From Nitrospirota bacterium (GTDB lineage Bacteria; Nitrospirota; UBA9217), in assembly GCA_963818475.1 (NCBI GenBank), contig CAWFSF010000003.1, forward strand, positions 160,001 to 224,000: a stretch of DNA of 64,000 nt, given 5' to 3'. The position numbers were made by a program, and so were the translations under genes. The notes beneath the pieces are model-generated. The model saw only the letters and a program-made list of their open reading frames with translations, was not told where the DNA came from and ran no database searches. The first letter of the stretch is position 1, and each line of letters starts with the position of its first letter. This document shows positions 43,568 to 53,266 of this stretch, piece by piece.

Positions 43568-43782
43568 AGAAGCTTTGAACCTTACTCCGGGACAGGGGCA
43601 ATGGTGAGTAGGAGAATAGCAGAGAACAACGAGAAATGTCAATTTGAAAGTATTCGTACTATTTACAAACGCTTCTCGCTTTGATGAAACCGCATCTCAT
43701 CTTCATCCTCTCCACCGCGGGGAGAGGGTAGGGTGAGGCGGATCCATTCGGGATAGAGAAACCTTTATTTCGTTTTCATTCC

Positions 43783-45378
43783 TTACTGCTCGAAGCGGCT
43801 CACAAAAGCGCCGATGAAGCGCATGTTTTTTACGTAGTCGGCAAAAAGGACTTCTTTCACCACACCGCCGCCGGGCCGATCGGACCGGTCCTTGTCACCG
43901 GCTGCATGGATCAGATAGGGCTTGCCCCCTTTGACGCGGACGATGGAGAGATGGGCCACGATCTCTTCTACAACGCGTTTCTTCGGGTCCTTGACCCAGT
44001 AGATAATGTCTCCATCCTGCAGGTTCTTCTGGAGGCCCTGCATAAGGAGCGTGGACTTCGGCAGGATGTCGACCTGGTCCTTGCCGCGGGAGCCGGGAAT
44101 CGTCGTGGTGGCGCCGAGTTCGGCTGTCACGTTCTTTCCCCATTTGCCGCCGAATACCATGTCTTCGCCGTACTGGTAGCGCTGGTCGTAGTTCGTGACC
44201 AGGCCGTCCGCCTGCATTCCCACGGTGATGAACCGGAGCGAAAGCGCCTGGTTGACGGCTTCGTCGGGCGCATTGCTCCGGGCAAGCTCGACCGAACGGA
44301 ACGTATGGTACATGCAATCGACCTTTTCATCGGCCACAATGCGGTTCGTGCGCACATACAGGCCGAGGGGGTCGGGATCGTAGGGCGTGCCGATAAAGCG
44401 GCCGGCCCAGTAGGCAATGCGTTTGTTGAGCGGAAGCCGCGCGGCACGGGCCTGGGCGAGCAGGATCTCGTCAGCGGTCATGGCCGCCGGAATCTTGTTC
44501 TGGCCCGGGTCGGCACCGATGACTCGGAGCCCGTATTGCAGGGCATTGGCATGGATGACTGCGGGCTGGACCGTGCGCTTTTTCGTGGCCTGCAGGAAGC
44601 GCCCGTTGCCGAGCGCAAGTCCTGAGCTCTCGCCAGAGAACACCAGGATGTCCCCGGCCTGGATCTCTTTTTTGTCCACCCTCGCTGCCAGGGCCTTGAA
44701 CGAGGAACGGTCCGTGCCTAGGGCTATGCCGTGGATCCGGTAGACAATATAGATGAGTCCATCAGTATCCATGCCCTGGGACGTGAGCCCTCCGTCATGG
44801 TGGGTTACACCGACGAACTGTTGCGCGGTCTTTATGATCTCCTCCGGAGTCGTATCGTTCATGATCGGGTCGGAGGTCTTGATCGGCATCACGTCTGCTG
44901 CATCGACAATGGCAAGCGTGTGATCGGGGAACTGCACCTTGTAGCCCTTGACCGTTTGGTCGACCACCGGCAGCCGCGTGCCTGCATAGAGCGGCACGTT
45001 ATGATCCCCGGTCTTGTCGAGGATCAGGGCCTCGGTCTTGGCCCTGGTGATGACGATCTTCTTGCGGGAATCATTCAGATAGGCAAGGCCTTTGTCCCGG
45101 GGGATGAGCACTGCCTCCTGCTGGATCCAGCCTTCGCGGCCGTCCTGGCCCGGAATGGCGATGTGATAGCGGTAGTCCCGCTTTTCCAGGATGCGCACCT
45201 CGTCGCCCATCAGCACCTGCGTCGCCAAGCGGGATTTGGGCAGCGGCTCTTCATGGACGTTCGCCAGGGGGACCGAGATGATGCCGCGGCTGCCCGCCTT
45301 CGTCTCCTGGGCATGAGCGCTGGAAACGACAATGAGAATGATGCTGATAAGGACGGCTATGGGGAAAGGCTTTTTCAT
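43783..45378 (-). CDS. Secreted SH3 - NlpC/P60(degenerate) - DUF1460-like amidase fusion
   Basis: Signal peptide, TQVLMGD SH3-like segment, GMDTDGL, then FIGTPY...VDCMY, HLSIV, LIHA. Confidence 0.75.
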   Translation of the reverse strand: MKKPFPIAVLISIILIVVSSAHAQETKAGSRGIISVPLANVHEEPLPKSRLATQVLMGDEVRILEKRDYRYHIAIPGQDGREGWIQQEAVLIPRDKGLAYLNDSRKKIVITRAKTEALILDKTGDHNVPLYAGTRLPVVDQTVKGYKVQFPDHTLAIVDAADVMPIKTSDPIMNDTTPEEIIKTAQQFVGVTHHDGGLTSQGMDTDGLIYIVYRIHGIALGTDRSSFKALAARVDKKEIQAGDILVFSGESSGLALGNGRFLQATKKRTVQPAVIHANALQYGLRVIGADPGQNKIPAAMTADEILLAQARAARLPLNKRIAYWAGRFIGTPYDPDPLGLYVRTNRIVADEKVDCMYHTFRSVELARSNAPDEAVNQALSLRFITVGMQADGLVTNYDQRYQYGEDMVFGGKWGKNVTAELGATTTIPGSRGKDQVDILPKSTLLMQGLQKNLQDGDIIYWVKDPKKRVVEEIVAHLSIVRVKGGKPYLIHAAGDKDRSDRPGGGVVKEVLFADYVKNMRFIGAFVSRFEQ

Positions 45379-45438
45379 GTCGAACAAACTCGGGAGAACA
45401 ACGGAGAACCGCGCTGCGCGCGGCGATCGGATAAAAAA

Positions 45439-45523
45439 TGGTGCCGAAGGGGGGAATCGAACCCCCATGGGTTGCCCCACACGCCCCTCAAACGTGCGTG
45501 TCTACCAGTTCCACCACTTCGGC
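45439..45523 (-). tRNA. tRNA-Leu(GAG)
   Basis: GCCGAAG acceptor stem, anticodon loop TT-GAG-GG, long variable arm, GTTCGATTC, encoded CCA. Confidence 0.95.
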
Positions 45524-45616
45524 ATTTTTTCTGCTGCGTATGTGATCCGAGAACGCCCGACAATCCCTGAGGGAAACCATCGTGAAGGGCTTAACGGCCG
45601 TCCTGCGGTGCGGGGC

Positions 45617-46546
45617 CTATTTCTTTGCTGCCTGTACGTAGGTGATCCACTTCCCGTGCCTGGCATCGCGGCCGTGCACGCAGTCGAAGTAGGCGGTCTG
45701 CAGTTCTTTCGTTATGGGACCCGGTTTGCCCGTGCCGATCACCCGGTTGTCCACTTCACGTATCGGCGTGATCTCGGCTGCCGTGCCGGTAAGGAACAAT
45801 TCATCGGCCACGTACAGTTCATCGCGCGTGAACCGCTCTTCAACAAGCTTCATCCCGCGCTCAGCGGCCAACTCCATGATCGTTTCCCGCGTGATGCCCT
45901 CGAGGATCGATGTGAGCGGCGGTGTTTTGATCACGCCCTTGCGGACCATAAAGACGTTCTCGCCGCTTCCCTCGGCCACGTAGCCGTCGGTGTCGAGCAG
46001 CACGGCCTCGTCGTATCCGTCCTTGAGCGCCTCGCGCTTGGCAAGGAGGGAATTTGCATAATTCGCCGTGGTCTTGGAGCGCACCATGGTCGAGTTCACA
46101 TGCGGCCGGGTGAACGAAGAGATCTTGACGCGGATGCCGTTATTGAGCCCTTCTTCGCCGAGGTAGCTGCCCCAGGGCCAGACCGCGATCGAGATCTGGA
46201 CCGGATTTACCTTGGGAAAGATCCCCATGGCGCCGTAGCCCAGGAACGCAAGCGGTCTGATGTAGCACGCTTCGATCTTGTTAACGCGGATCGTTTCCAG
46301 GATCGCCTCGACAACCGCTTCGCGCGTGAAGGGCATCTCCATATAGCAGATGTGGGCGGACTCGAACAAGCGGTTGACATGTTCCTGCAGCCTGAACACC
46401 GCTGATCCCGCATCAGCCTTGTAGCAGCGGATGCCCTCAAATACTGCCGTACCGTAGTGCATGGAGTGTGTCAGGATGTGGACCTTGGCATCGTCCCACT
46501 TCACGAAGGTGCCGTTCATCCATATTTTCTCGGTGGCAGGCAGCAT
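45617..46546 (-). CDS. ilvE: Branched-chain amino acid aminotransferase
   Basis: HYGTAVFEGIRCY, KTTANY, EGSGEN, ILEGITR, GTAAEITP. Confidence 0.95.
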   Translation of the reverse strand: MLPATEKIWMNGTFVKWDDAKVHILTHSMHYGTAVFEGIRCYKADAGSAVFRLQEHVNRLFESAHICYMEMPFTREAVVEAILETIRVNKIEACYIRPLAFLGYGAMGIFPKVNPVQISIAVWPWGSYLGEEGLNNGIRVKISSFTRPHVNSTMVRSKTTANYANSLLAKREALKDGYDEAVLLDTDGYVAEGSGENVFMVRKGVIKTPPLTSILEGITRETIMELAAERGMKLVEERFTRDELYVADELFLTGTAAEITPIREVDNRVIGTGKPGPITKELQTAYFDCVHGRDARHGKWITYVQAAKK

Positions 46547-46557
46547 AACAGAGGACA

Positions 46558-46586
46558 TTTATAACAGCCTGAGCCATAATTGTCAA
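46558..46586 (-). promoter_or_regulatory. Sigma70 promoter of ilvE (very short leader)
   Basis: TTGACA-17-TATAAA, 11 nt before the ATG at 46546. Confidence 0.65.
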
Positions 46587-46705
46587 TCGTTTTTTTGCTG
46601 ATTGTTGCCCGTTCTGTGCCGCTCACGCCGATGGAATTCCGCTGCTTGATGCTGCGAAGGCACTCCCAAGACAGTCGCTTTTTAAACGTAAACCCGAAGA
46701 ATATT

Positions 46706-46836
46706 TCACGCAGAGACGCAGAGCTCGCAGAGAACGTCAACGGCTATGAAAAGGCTTCTAAAAAACAAAATATCTGCTTTTCTCCGCGGCCTCCGCGCCT
46801 CCGCGAGAGACGCCTTTAGCCGGATTCCGGTTTGAC
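46706..46836. repeat. GCAGAG/CTCCGC-unit inverted element with a degenerate shell end
   Basis: CACGCAGAGACGCAGAGCTCGCAGAG ... CTCCGCGGCCTCCGCGCCTCCGCGAGAGACGCCTTT; tail similar to 1850-1880. Confidence 0.75.
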
Positions 46837-46860
46837 ATTGCGTCGGATGAGAGATAAAAT
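46832..46860 (+). promoter_or_regulatory. Sigma70 promoter of the usp gene
   Basis: TTGACA-17-TAAAAT. Confidence 0.7.
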
Positions 46861-46889
46861 TTAAGCGTTTCCAACTTGAGGAGGCCCCC

Positions 46890-47351
46890 ATGCAGATCAA
46901 GACCATCCTTTTCCCGACCGATTTTTCGAACGGTGCACGCGCTGCCATGGACTATGCGCTGTCCCTGGCAAAGGACTACGAGGCGAAGCTTATCCTGCTG
47001 TACGTCATTCAAGACATCAGCATCGCGGAATGGTACATACCTTCGACCTTGTCGGTCGCCGACCTCGTGGAGGATATGCAAAAAAGCGCTTCAAAAGAAA
47101 TGGCCAAGTGGGAAGCAGAAGCAGCGTCGCGGGTAAAGGATGTGGATACGATGTTGGAGCGGGGCGTGCCCTTTGTCGAGATCATCAGAATAGCAAAAGA
47201 AAGGAACGCGGACCTGGTAGTCATCGGGACCCATGGCAGGACCGGCATCGACCACATGCTTTTCGGCAGCACTGCGGAGAAGGTGGTGCGCAAAGCGCCC
47301 TGCCCGGTCCTGACGGTCCGCACCGCAGGCAGGGAGTTCAAGATGCCGTGA
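46890..47351 (+). CDS. Universal stress protein
   Basis: [37 protein letters not shown]. Confidence 0.93.
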   Translation: MQIKTILFPTDFSNGARAAMDYALSLAKDYEAKLILLYVIQDISIAEWYIPSTLSVADLVEDMQKSASKEMAKWEAEAASRVKDVDTMLERGVPFVEIIRIAKERNADLVVIGTHGRTGIDHMLFGSTAEKVVRKAPCPVLTVRTAGREFKMP

Positions 47352-47371
47352 CCCCCGCGTTTCGCGGGGGC

Positions 47372-47496
47372 AAGCTCCAAATAACAAATCGCAAATCCCA
47401 AATAATATCAAAATGACAATTTGGATGTCCGCACTGTTTGATTTGATTTTTGAGCTTGAAATTTATTTGGGATTTGATGCTTGATGTTTGGAGCTT
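47372..47496. repeat. CAAAT 7-mer-unit inverted element flanked by two GC hairpins (47352-47370, 47499-47527)
   Basis: AAGCTCCAAATAACAAATCGCAAATCCCAAATAA ... TTATTTGGGATTTGATGCTTGATGTTTGGAGCTT. Confidence 0.75.
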
Positions 47497-47531
47497 ATCA
47501 CGGGCAGGCCATAAAGGCCTGCCCGTGTTCG

Positions 47532-47957
47532 TTATTGCCCGAGTAGCGTGGTGAAGGTATCGTGGTGGCTCTCCTCATCGGAGAGGATGCTCTCGAACAA
47601 TAGGCGAGTGGTCTCATCACCTTCTGAAGCGGCCTGCTTGATGATGTCCTTATACAGCGTGATGGCCTCTTCCTCGGCCTTTACATCGGCCTTCAGCATC
47701 TGCTCGGGAGTGCCGCCCATGGCAATAGGGTTCGGCTTGGTCGTCGGGTTTACGTCAAAATAGAAGAGCCGCTCCGCGATCTTCTCTGCATGCTTCATCT
47801 CCGCCATGGCAACATCCTCGAACACATCCATGAGCGAGGAGGAGTTCATGCCTTTGACCATAATGTGATGCCACATGTACTGGACGATCGCCTGAAGTTC
47901 TCCAGCAATGGCCTGGTTCATCATTTCCGTCAGTTTGGGACTTGCCTTCTGCACCAT
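47532..47957 (-). CDS. Bacterioferritin-like/ferritin-like protein
   Basis: ELQAIVQY, EMKH, EEEA..LY, DEESH di-iron ligands. Confidence 0.88.
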   Translation of the reverse strand: MVQKASPKLTEMMNQAIAGELQAIVQYMWHHIMVKGMNSSSLMDVFEDVAMAEMKHAEKIAERLFYFDVNPTTKPNPIAMGGTPEQMLKADVKAEEEAITLYKDIIKQAASEGDETTRLLFESILSDEESHHDTFTTLLGQ

Positions 47958-48131
47958 AATGCTCCTCCTTGTTGGTCGGGGTCGCCCGAAGATGCATTAA
48001 CTATAGCACAGAATCCGGTGCTTTTTTCGAGACAGCCCCTTCACTTTCGTCCTCTCGCCCCAGAGGGCAGAGGAGACAGGCTGTAGCCCCTCCCTTGATT
48101 GGAGGGGTTGGGGGAGGGTGACGGAGACACC

Positions 48132-49250
48132 TTAGACTCCCGCGGCCTTTTTGCGCTCAGCCTGTTCGATGATGCAGGCGATCCCTTTTCCCCGGAGACC
48201 GGGACGGTAGCAGCCATTGCAGGAAATACAGCGGCTGCGGCTAGTGCTGCCTTCCTGCCACAGTTTGACCAACTCGGGCTCGCGGATGAGCGGCCGCGCC
48301 AGCGAGATATAATCCGCCGCGCCTTGTTCAACGACCTCGCGCGCCAGATCAAGGCTCCGGAACCCGCCGACGACAAGGACGGGACAACTGACGGACTGTT
48401 TGATCCGCTCTGCCAGCGGAAGGTTGTATGCCTCCTGCTCCCGCGTATCGATCTTTTTCCGCACCGGGTTGTTGTCACCTGATGCTGGCGTGCCGCTGCT
48501 CACCTCGATGGCGTCCACGCCTTCGCGGTCCAGTGCCTGTGCTGCGATCACAGCCTCGTCGATCTCAAGTCCGTGCTCAAGGAAATCCGAGCCGTTCAGC
48601 TTAACCAGTACGGGGAAGTCGGGACCGACCGCTGTGCGAACGCTCCGAAAGATCTCCATAAGGAAGCGATAGCGGTTCTCGATGCTGCCGCCGTATCCAT
48701 CGGTCCGCTGGTTCGTGTGCGGCGACAGGAACTGGTTGATAAGGTAGCCGTGCGCCGCGTGAAGCTGGACTGCATCGAAGCCCCATTGTTTCGCCCTAGC
48801 CGCACTTGCGCCAAAGGCAGCCACGACCTCATCGATGTCCTTCTGGCTCATCGCGAGCGGCGGCGACGTATACTGCGCCGCCTCAACAGCCGAAGGGGCG
48901 ATCAGCTTGTTCCCGCCCTGCGCCCTGCCTTGTCCGCCCGTATGCACCAGCTGCATGCAGAGCCTGCCGCCTTCGTCATGCACGGCCTTAGAAAGCGCAC
49001 GCATCTCCGGGGCAAAATCATCGCTCTGCGCTCCGATGGACCCGGGCATCTGCTTCCCGTCGGGGCGCACGAAGGCATAGCCCGTGATGATCAGGCCGAC
49101 CCTGCCGCGGGCAAGCTCCCGGTAGCAGTTCAAAAGCTGTTCCCCCGGCCTGCCCTGCTCGTCGCACATGCCTTCCCAGGTTGCGGACCGCACGAAGCGA
49201 TTCCTGAGCTCCATGCCGTTGATCGTTGTTTTTTCGAAAAGGTTTTTCAA
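48132..49250 (-). CDS. NADH:flavin oxidoreductase (old yellow enzyme family)
   Basis: NRFVRSAT, QLHAAHGYLINQFLSP..N.RTD.YGGS, CISCNGC. Confidence 0.92.
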   Translation of the reverse strand: MKNLFEKTTINGMELRNRFVRSATWEGMCDEQGRPGEQLLNCYRELARGRVGLIITGYAFVRPDGKQMPGSIGAQSDDFAPEMRALSKAVHDEGGRLCMQLVHTGGQGRAQGGNKLIAPSAVEAAQYTSPPLAMSQKDIDEVVAAFGASAARAKQWGFDAVQLHAAHGYLINQFLSPHTNQRTDGYGGSIENRYRFLMEIFRSVRTAVGPDFPVLVKLNGSDFLEHGLEIDEAVIAAQALDREGVDAIEVSSGTPASGDNNPVRKKIDTREQEAYNLPLAERIKQSVSCPVLVVGGFRSLDLAREVVEQGAADYISLARPLIREPELVKLWQEGSTSRSRCISCNGCYRPGLRGKGIACIIEQAERKKAAGV

Positions 49251-49438
49251 AGAGTGACCTCGTTCCTAAAAATTAGTCATGAAATGTATCATACTGCTTT
49301 GCTCAAGTCAAAAAAGATTCTGCATGCTTTCAATATCGGTGCTTAGTGAGAATGCGACGATAAATAGAAGTCAAGAAAATTGCCTGGCTACGAGCGGGGA
49401 CAAAGCCTGTGCGGGAAAACAATTCTTCGGCAGCGATA

Positions 49439-49496
49439 CAATAACCGCGCCGCGAAGGGTCCGTTTTGCGCAGCCCTTCGACGGCGACGTTAAGGC
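49439..49496 (-). mobile_element. attC-like site
   Basis: Minus strand GCCTTAAC GT CGCCG[T]CGAAGGG...CCCTTCG CGGCG CG GTTATTG. Confidence 0.65.
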
Positions 49497-49586
49497 CAAC
49501 TTATTGTGTTTTGTTCAGCGCTGCCTAACCAACGAACTTCTCAAGACCGTAACGCTCATGATCGTTACATCCTGGTAACCGTGAGC

Positions 49587-52043
49587 CTATTCAAATTGAT
49601 ACATGGCGAGATCGGAGCCGAGAAAGATATCCAGTTTGCCGTCACCATCAATGTCCTTAATGCCCAGATGATTGTAGAGCCCGGCATTCCCGGAGAGATC
49701 AAGGCTTCTCCATTTCAACCCCTGGTCCTGACCCTCAAGTATTACCAGCTCATTACCCCGGGTCACCAGCCAATCACGTGTTCCGTTCCCGTCTATATCC
49801 GCTACTTTCAACGCATTGATCGGAGCCGTGTCAAAGGTCAGAACGGTCTTCTTGATGTCGAAGGTCGATCCATGAAACACCTCGATCTTGCCGTCGTCGC
49901 GGCCGGCTAGGATCTCAAGAACGCCGTCGTCGTCGATATCCGCGACTTCCAGCGCGCGGGCCGGATGGTCGATCAATAATTGCAGATCGTGGGTAACCCC
50001 GTCATATACCATCAGCCTGCTGCCGAGAAGAGAAGCGATGATCTCCACATGCCCGTCCCCATCCAGATCGGCCAGTTTGATATCGTAGACACCCGCCCAG
50101 GAGGAGCCCAGGGAAACGCTTCGCCATTTCTCAGCAAGCGTTGCTCCATCGAAAACGATCAGGTATACGCCGGTAGCCCCGGTGTGCTCCATGCCCTGAC
50201 CCGCGACGATCTCGGTCTTGCCGTCGCCGTCCACGTCGCCGATGACCAGCGCGGAGAAAAAGTTCCCGTTATACCCGGCGCTCTGCTTCTTAAGCGTATG
50301 CGAGGCTCCATCGTACACCCGAATGACACCGTCATAGATGTCTCCCGTCGTGACCACGAACTCCGTATGACCGTCATTGTCCACGTCGCCGATGCTGACC
50401 GAACGGACGCCCATCCAGTCCATGATCCCCAGCTTCTCCTGGTATTCAAGAGCATGGGTCTTCGCATCAAAAATGTTGATGATTCCCTCGCTGTAACCGG
50501 CGTCACTGGAAGTGGAGACCATGACGATCTCGTCCTGGCCGTCATCATCAACGTCCCCGATCGACAAAGCGCTGAGCGGCCCGTCAAGGTGCTTATTCTG
50601 CCATTCGACTGCTCCGGTCGAGGGATCGGCAACATAGAGGTGGTCAGGGCCGGTTGAACTGCCGCCGGCTCCCCACAGCACCTCATTCTTGCCGTCCTGG
50701 TCCACGTCACCCAGAGCGATGCCCGACACGCCATGCTCGGGATTGTTCACGGACCACTTCTCCAAGTGGGTCTGCGCATTGATGGCGTGGATATTGCCCC
50801 ATTGGCCGTCGCCGTAAAGGATCTCGGGAACGCCGTCGGCATCCGCATCGGCTACGAGCAGAGCCCCGATGTCCTGGCTCGTCGGGATCTCCCAGGACGG
50901 GGTCTTGCGGTCTGCATCAAAGATCGTGACGTTACCCCAACGGGAAGCGCCCACGATCTCCTGCATGCCATCGCCGTCAAGATCTCCCAATGCGACGTGT
51001 GCGCCGAAACTGTTGACATATTCCCATTCAACAGCATGGGAGGCTCCATCAACAACATACCCTTTCCCATAGGAGTAGGTTGTAACGATCTCTAACGCCG
51101 CGTCAGCATCCACATTTCCCACTGCCAATGAGTAACCGCCGCCGCTTGCGGTCGACCACAAGAGCTCACCCGATCCTGCCGCATACACAAAGACCCCGGT
51201 TCCGTTGCTGGTGATGAGCTCTTTTGTTCCGTTCTGGTCGAGGTCGGCAACAGCAAGCGCGGTCAGGGGAGCAGCAACCGATATGCTTTGTAATGTAACC
51301 CGGGTCGAGCCGTCATACATTTCCACGGTGCCGTCAGAAAACCCGACGATGATATCGTCCTTCCCGTCCCCGGTCAGATCAGCGAGAACAAGACCGGCAA
51401 GGGTGACGCTGTAGTTCTTGCTCCGCCAGATCTGCTCGTAGGACCCGCCCGCCGCATGGCGGACGATATACCAGAAGGTGTTGCTTCCGCTCGCAATGAT
51501 CTCCGGGGTCCCGTCGCCGTCCAGATCGGAGACTAGCAGTCCGGCCTGGCCTATGCTGGTACCGAATATTCCGTACTGCCACTGCATCTGCAGAAGACCG
51601 GGGTCGCTGGGAGGGGCCGCGGATGACGCCACGCTTATGGTATCCAGCAGACTGGAGTACTGGCCGTCCGAAACCTCCAGGCGCACTACATAGGCGCCTT
51701 CCCGTTCCGCCACAAAGGACGGGGTGGCCGTGTACGGTCCGACCAGTGTCGGGCAAGCATACTGCGGACAGGATTCGAATGCCCACGAATAGGAGAGCGC
51801 ATCACCGTCGGGATCATTGCTTGCGCTCCCGTTCAGCATGACGGTAGCTCCCATAACAACGTTCTGGTCCGCGCCGGCGTTCGCCACCGGAAAGTTGTTT
51901 ACGGGGCCGGAGCCAGGCCCGGGACCCGAGCCCGCCGGCCCGGCCCCCAGAAATCCGTTATTGTTCGAGTTGCACCCCGGCAACATGCAAAGCAGTCCCA
52001 GACAGGCGATAGTAATGACGGTTGTCACAGTGGTTTTTTTCAT
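49587..52043 (-). CDS. Lipoprotein with a PKD/Ig-like domain and FG-GAP (DxDGDG) beta-propeller repeats
   Basis: Lipobox LPGC; PVANAGADQ..LNGSASNDPDGD; >10 GDVDGDG-type motifs. Confidence 0.85.
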   Translation of the reverse strand: MKKTTVTTVITIACLGLLCMLPGCNSNNNGFLGAGPAGSGPGPGSGPVNNFPVANAGADQNVVMGATVMLNGSASNDPDGDALSYSWAFESCPQYACPTLVGPYTATPSFVAEREGAYVVRLEVSDGQYSSLLDTISVASSAAPPSDPGLLQMQWQYGIFGTSIGQAGLLVSDLDGDGTPEIIASGSNTFWYIVRHAAGGSYEQIWRSKNYSVTLAGLVLADLTGDGKDDIIVGFSDGTVEMYDGSTRVTLQSISVAAPLTALAVADLDQNGTKELITSNGTGVFVYAAGSGELLWSTASGGGYSLAVGNVDADAALEIVTTYSYGKGYVVDGASHAVEWEYVNSFGAHVALGDLDGDGMQEIVGASRWGNVTIFDADRKTPSWEIPTSQDIGALLVADADADGVPEILYGDGQWGNIHAINAQTHLEKWSVNNPEHGVSGIALGDVDQDGKNEVLWGAGGSSTGPDHLYVADPSTGAVEWQNKHLDGPLSALSIGDVDDDGQDEIVMVSTSSDAGYSEGIINIFDAKTHALEYQEKLGIMDWMGVRSVSIGDVDNDGHTEFVVTTGDIYDGVIRVYDGASHTLKKQSAGYNGNFFSALVIGDVDGDGKTEIVAGQGMEHTGATGVYLIVFDGATLAEKWRSVSLGSSWAGVYDIKLADLDGDGHVEIIASLLGSRLMVYDGVTHDLQLLIDHPARALEVADIDDDGVLEILAGRDDGKIEVFHGSTFDIKKTVLTFDTAPINALKVADIDGNGTRDWLVTRGNELVILEGQDQGLKWRSLDLSGNAGLYNHLGIKDIDGDGKLDIFLGSDLAMYQFE

Positions 52044-52079
52044 ACGTATGAAGCTCCTTTTCCCAACCCGGATCAGTCC

Positions 52080-52727
52080 TTAAAAATGATAGGCCGTAGA
52101 CAGCAAAAAGCTGTATCCGTTTCCATTCACCGTGTCGTCTATAGATCCGTTGGTATCGATACCCTCGGCCTGGTCGTAGTCTACAAAACGGTACAGGACC
52201 CCCAGGTTCAGCGAAAGGTGCGAAGTAAGATAATGGTCCACGCCAGCTCCCAGGTTAAACCCGGCCCCGGAGAGCGTGGCATCCCCGACCTGTCCCGTAT
52301 AGATATTTTGTGCACCATTATAGATCTGCAATGCATTGCCGCTGATCCCGAACAGCAGGTATGGCTGCACCGTGGTCGAACTTTGGAAGTTATATTTCCC
52401 GTTGACGCTGAAGCTGAAGAAACTGACGTCTCCCTTCAGCCCTGCCCATGTGCCGGTATGGTCCGAGCCGATCCAGTTAAGCTCAATGGCCCAAGCATCC
52501 GTTATTCCGTAACCTACCGAGAGGTCGACGCCAACGGCATTATCAACATCAGGCAGAATGATGATCTCCGATCCGCCCTGCAGCGCCGACGTGCCTTTAA
52601 AGTCACCCTGGACCGTATTGTATGCTGCCCCAAGGCCCATATAAAATCCTTTTTTTGCTTCTGCATGTGAGACGACGATAAGCATGATACACATTGCAAC
52701 TGCTAAAAAAAAGACTTGCCTGTTCAT
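52080..52727 (-). CDS. Outer membrane beta-barrel protein (OmpA/OmpW-like)
   Basis: Signal peptide, VQPYLLFG, alternating strands, C-terminal YHF. Confidence 0.82.
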   Translation of the reverse strand: MNRQVFFLAVAMCIMLIVVSHAEAKKGFYMGLGAAYNTVQGDFKGTSALQGGSEIIILPDVDNAVGVDLSVGYGITDAWAIELNWIGSDHTGTWAGLKGDVSFFSFSVNGKYNFQSSTTVQPYLLFGISGNALQIYNGAQNIYTGQVGDATLSGAGFNLGAGVDHYLTSHLSLNLGVLYRFVDYDQAEGIDTNGSIDDTVNGNGYSFLLSTAYHF

Positions 52728-52779
52728 TGTGCTCTCCTTGAATTGGTGCCTGCGTACGAGCCTTAAAGAACTTTACTAT

Positions 52780-52836
52780 TCAATGCCGAGTTCACTCGCC
52801 GCGTAGCGGTCGGCGTGATCGATTCGCTATTTAGGC
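52780..52836 (-). mobile_element. Degenerate attC-like site
   Basis: Minus strand GCCTAAA..TCACGCCGACCGC TAC GCGGCGAGTGA..CGGCATTG; core boxes mutated. Confidence 0.4.
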
Positions 52837-53266
52837 AACATGAAAATGTATTTTTCATTCACGCTATTCGCTGATTTTGCACAGTTTCTGAATGTTTGTG
52901 AATGATGTTTGCTACCTGGTCTCTTTTCTCTGCAGGAAGCGAGCTTATCCATTCCTCAATATCAATGTACATTCTTTGGGTATTATCGGACCTGTATTTA
53001 TCCCTGCAACACGTCTGCAAACAATTCCGTGAAATGGATACGAATACTATTGCGGCGGGCGAAGAGTGGTTCGATTATAGATACATTATGCTAATTGTCA
53101 ATGATGCTGATGGGGTAATTTCAGGGTAATGCCGTTGATGTATTTCCGAGTTGATCAGCCTGTTTGGTGAGGGCAGTCTGCTGACATACTGTAATTTCAG
53201 TTGCCTTATGTAATTGCTTGAAATATAATGTCGCCGATGTCAGTACAAAAAAGGAGCATAAATCGC

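Noticed and set aside
45439-45470. tRNA-Leu 3' end as an integration site
   Set aside because: No duplicate of the tRNA 3' end and no integrase was seen in the window.
45379-45480. N-terminal extension of the NlpC/P60 ORF to 45480
   Set aside because: It overlaps tRNA-Leu. The signal peptide starts at MKKPFP (45378).
49522-49570. Plus-strand GCCTAAC...CGTTAC as another attC
   Set aside because: No convincing internal stem between the boxes.
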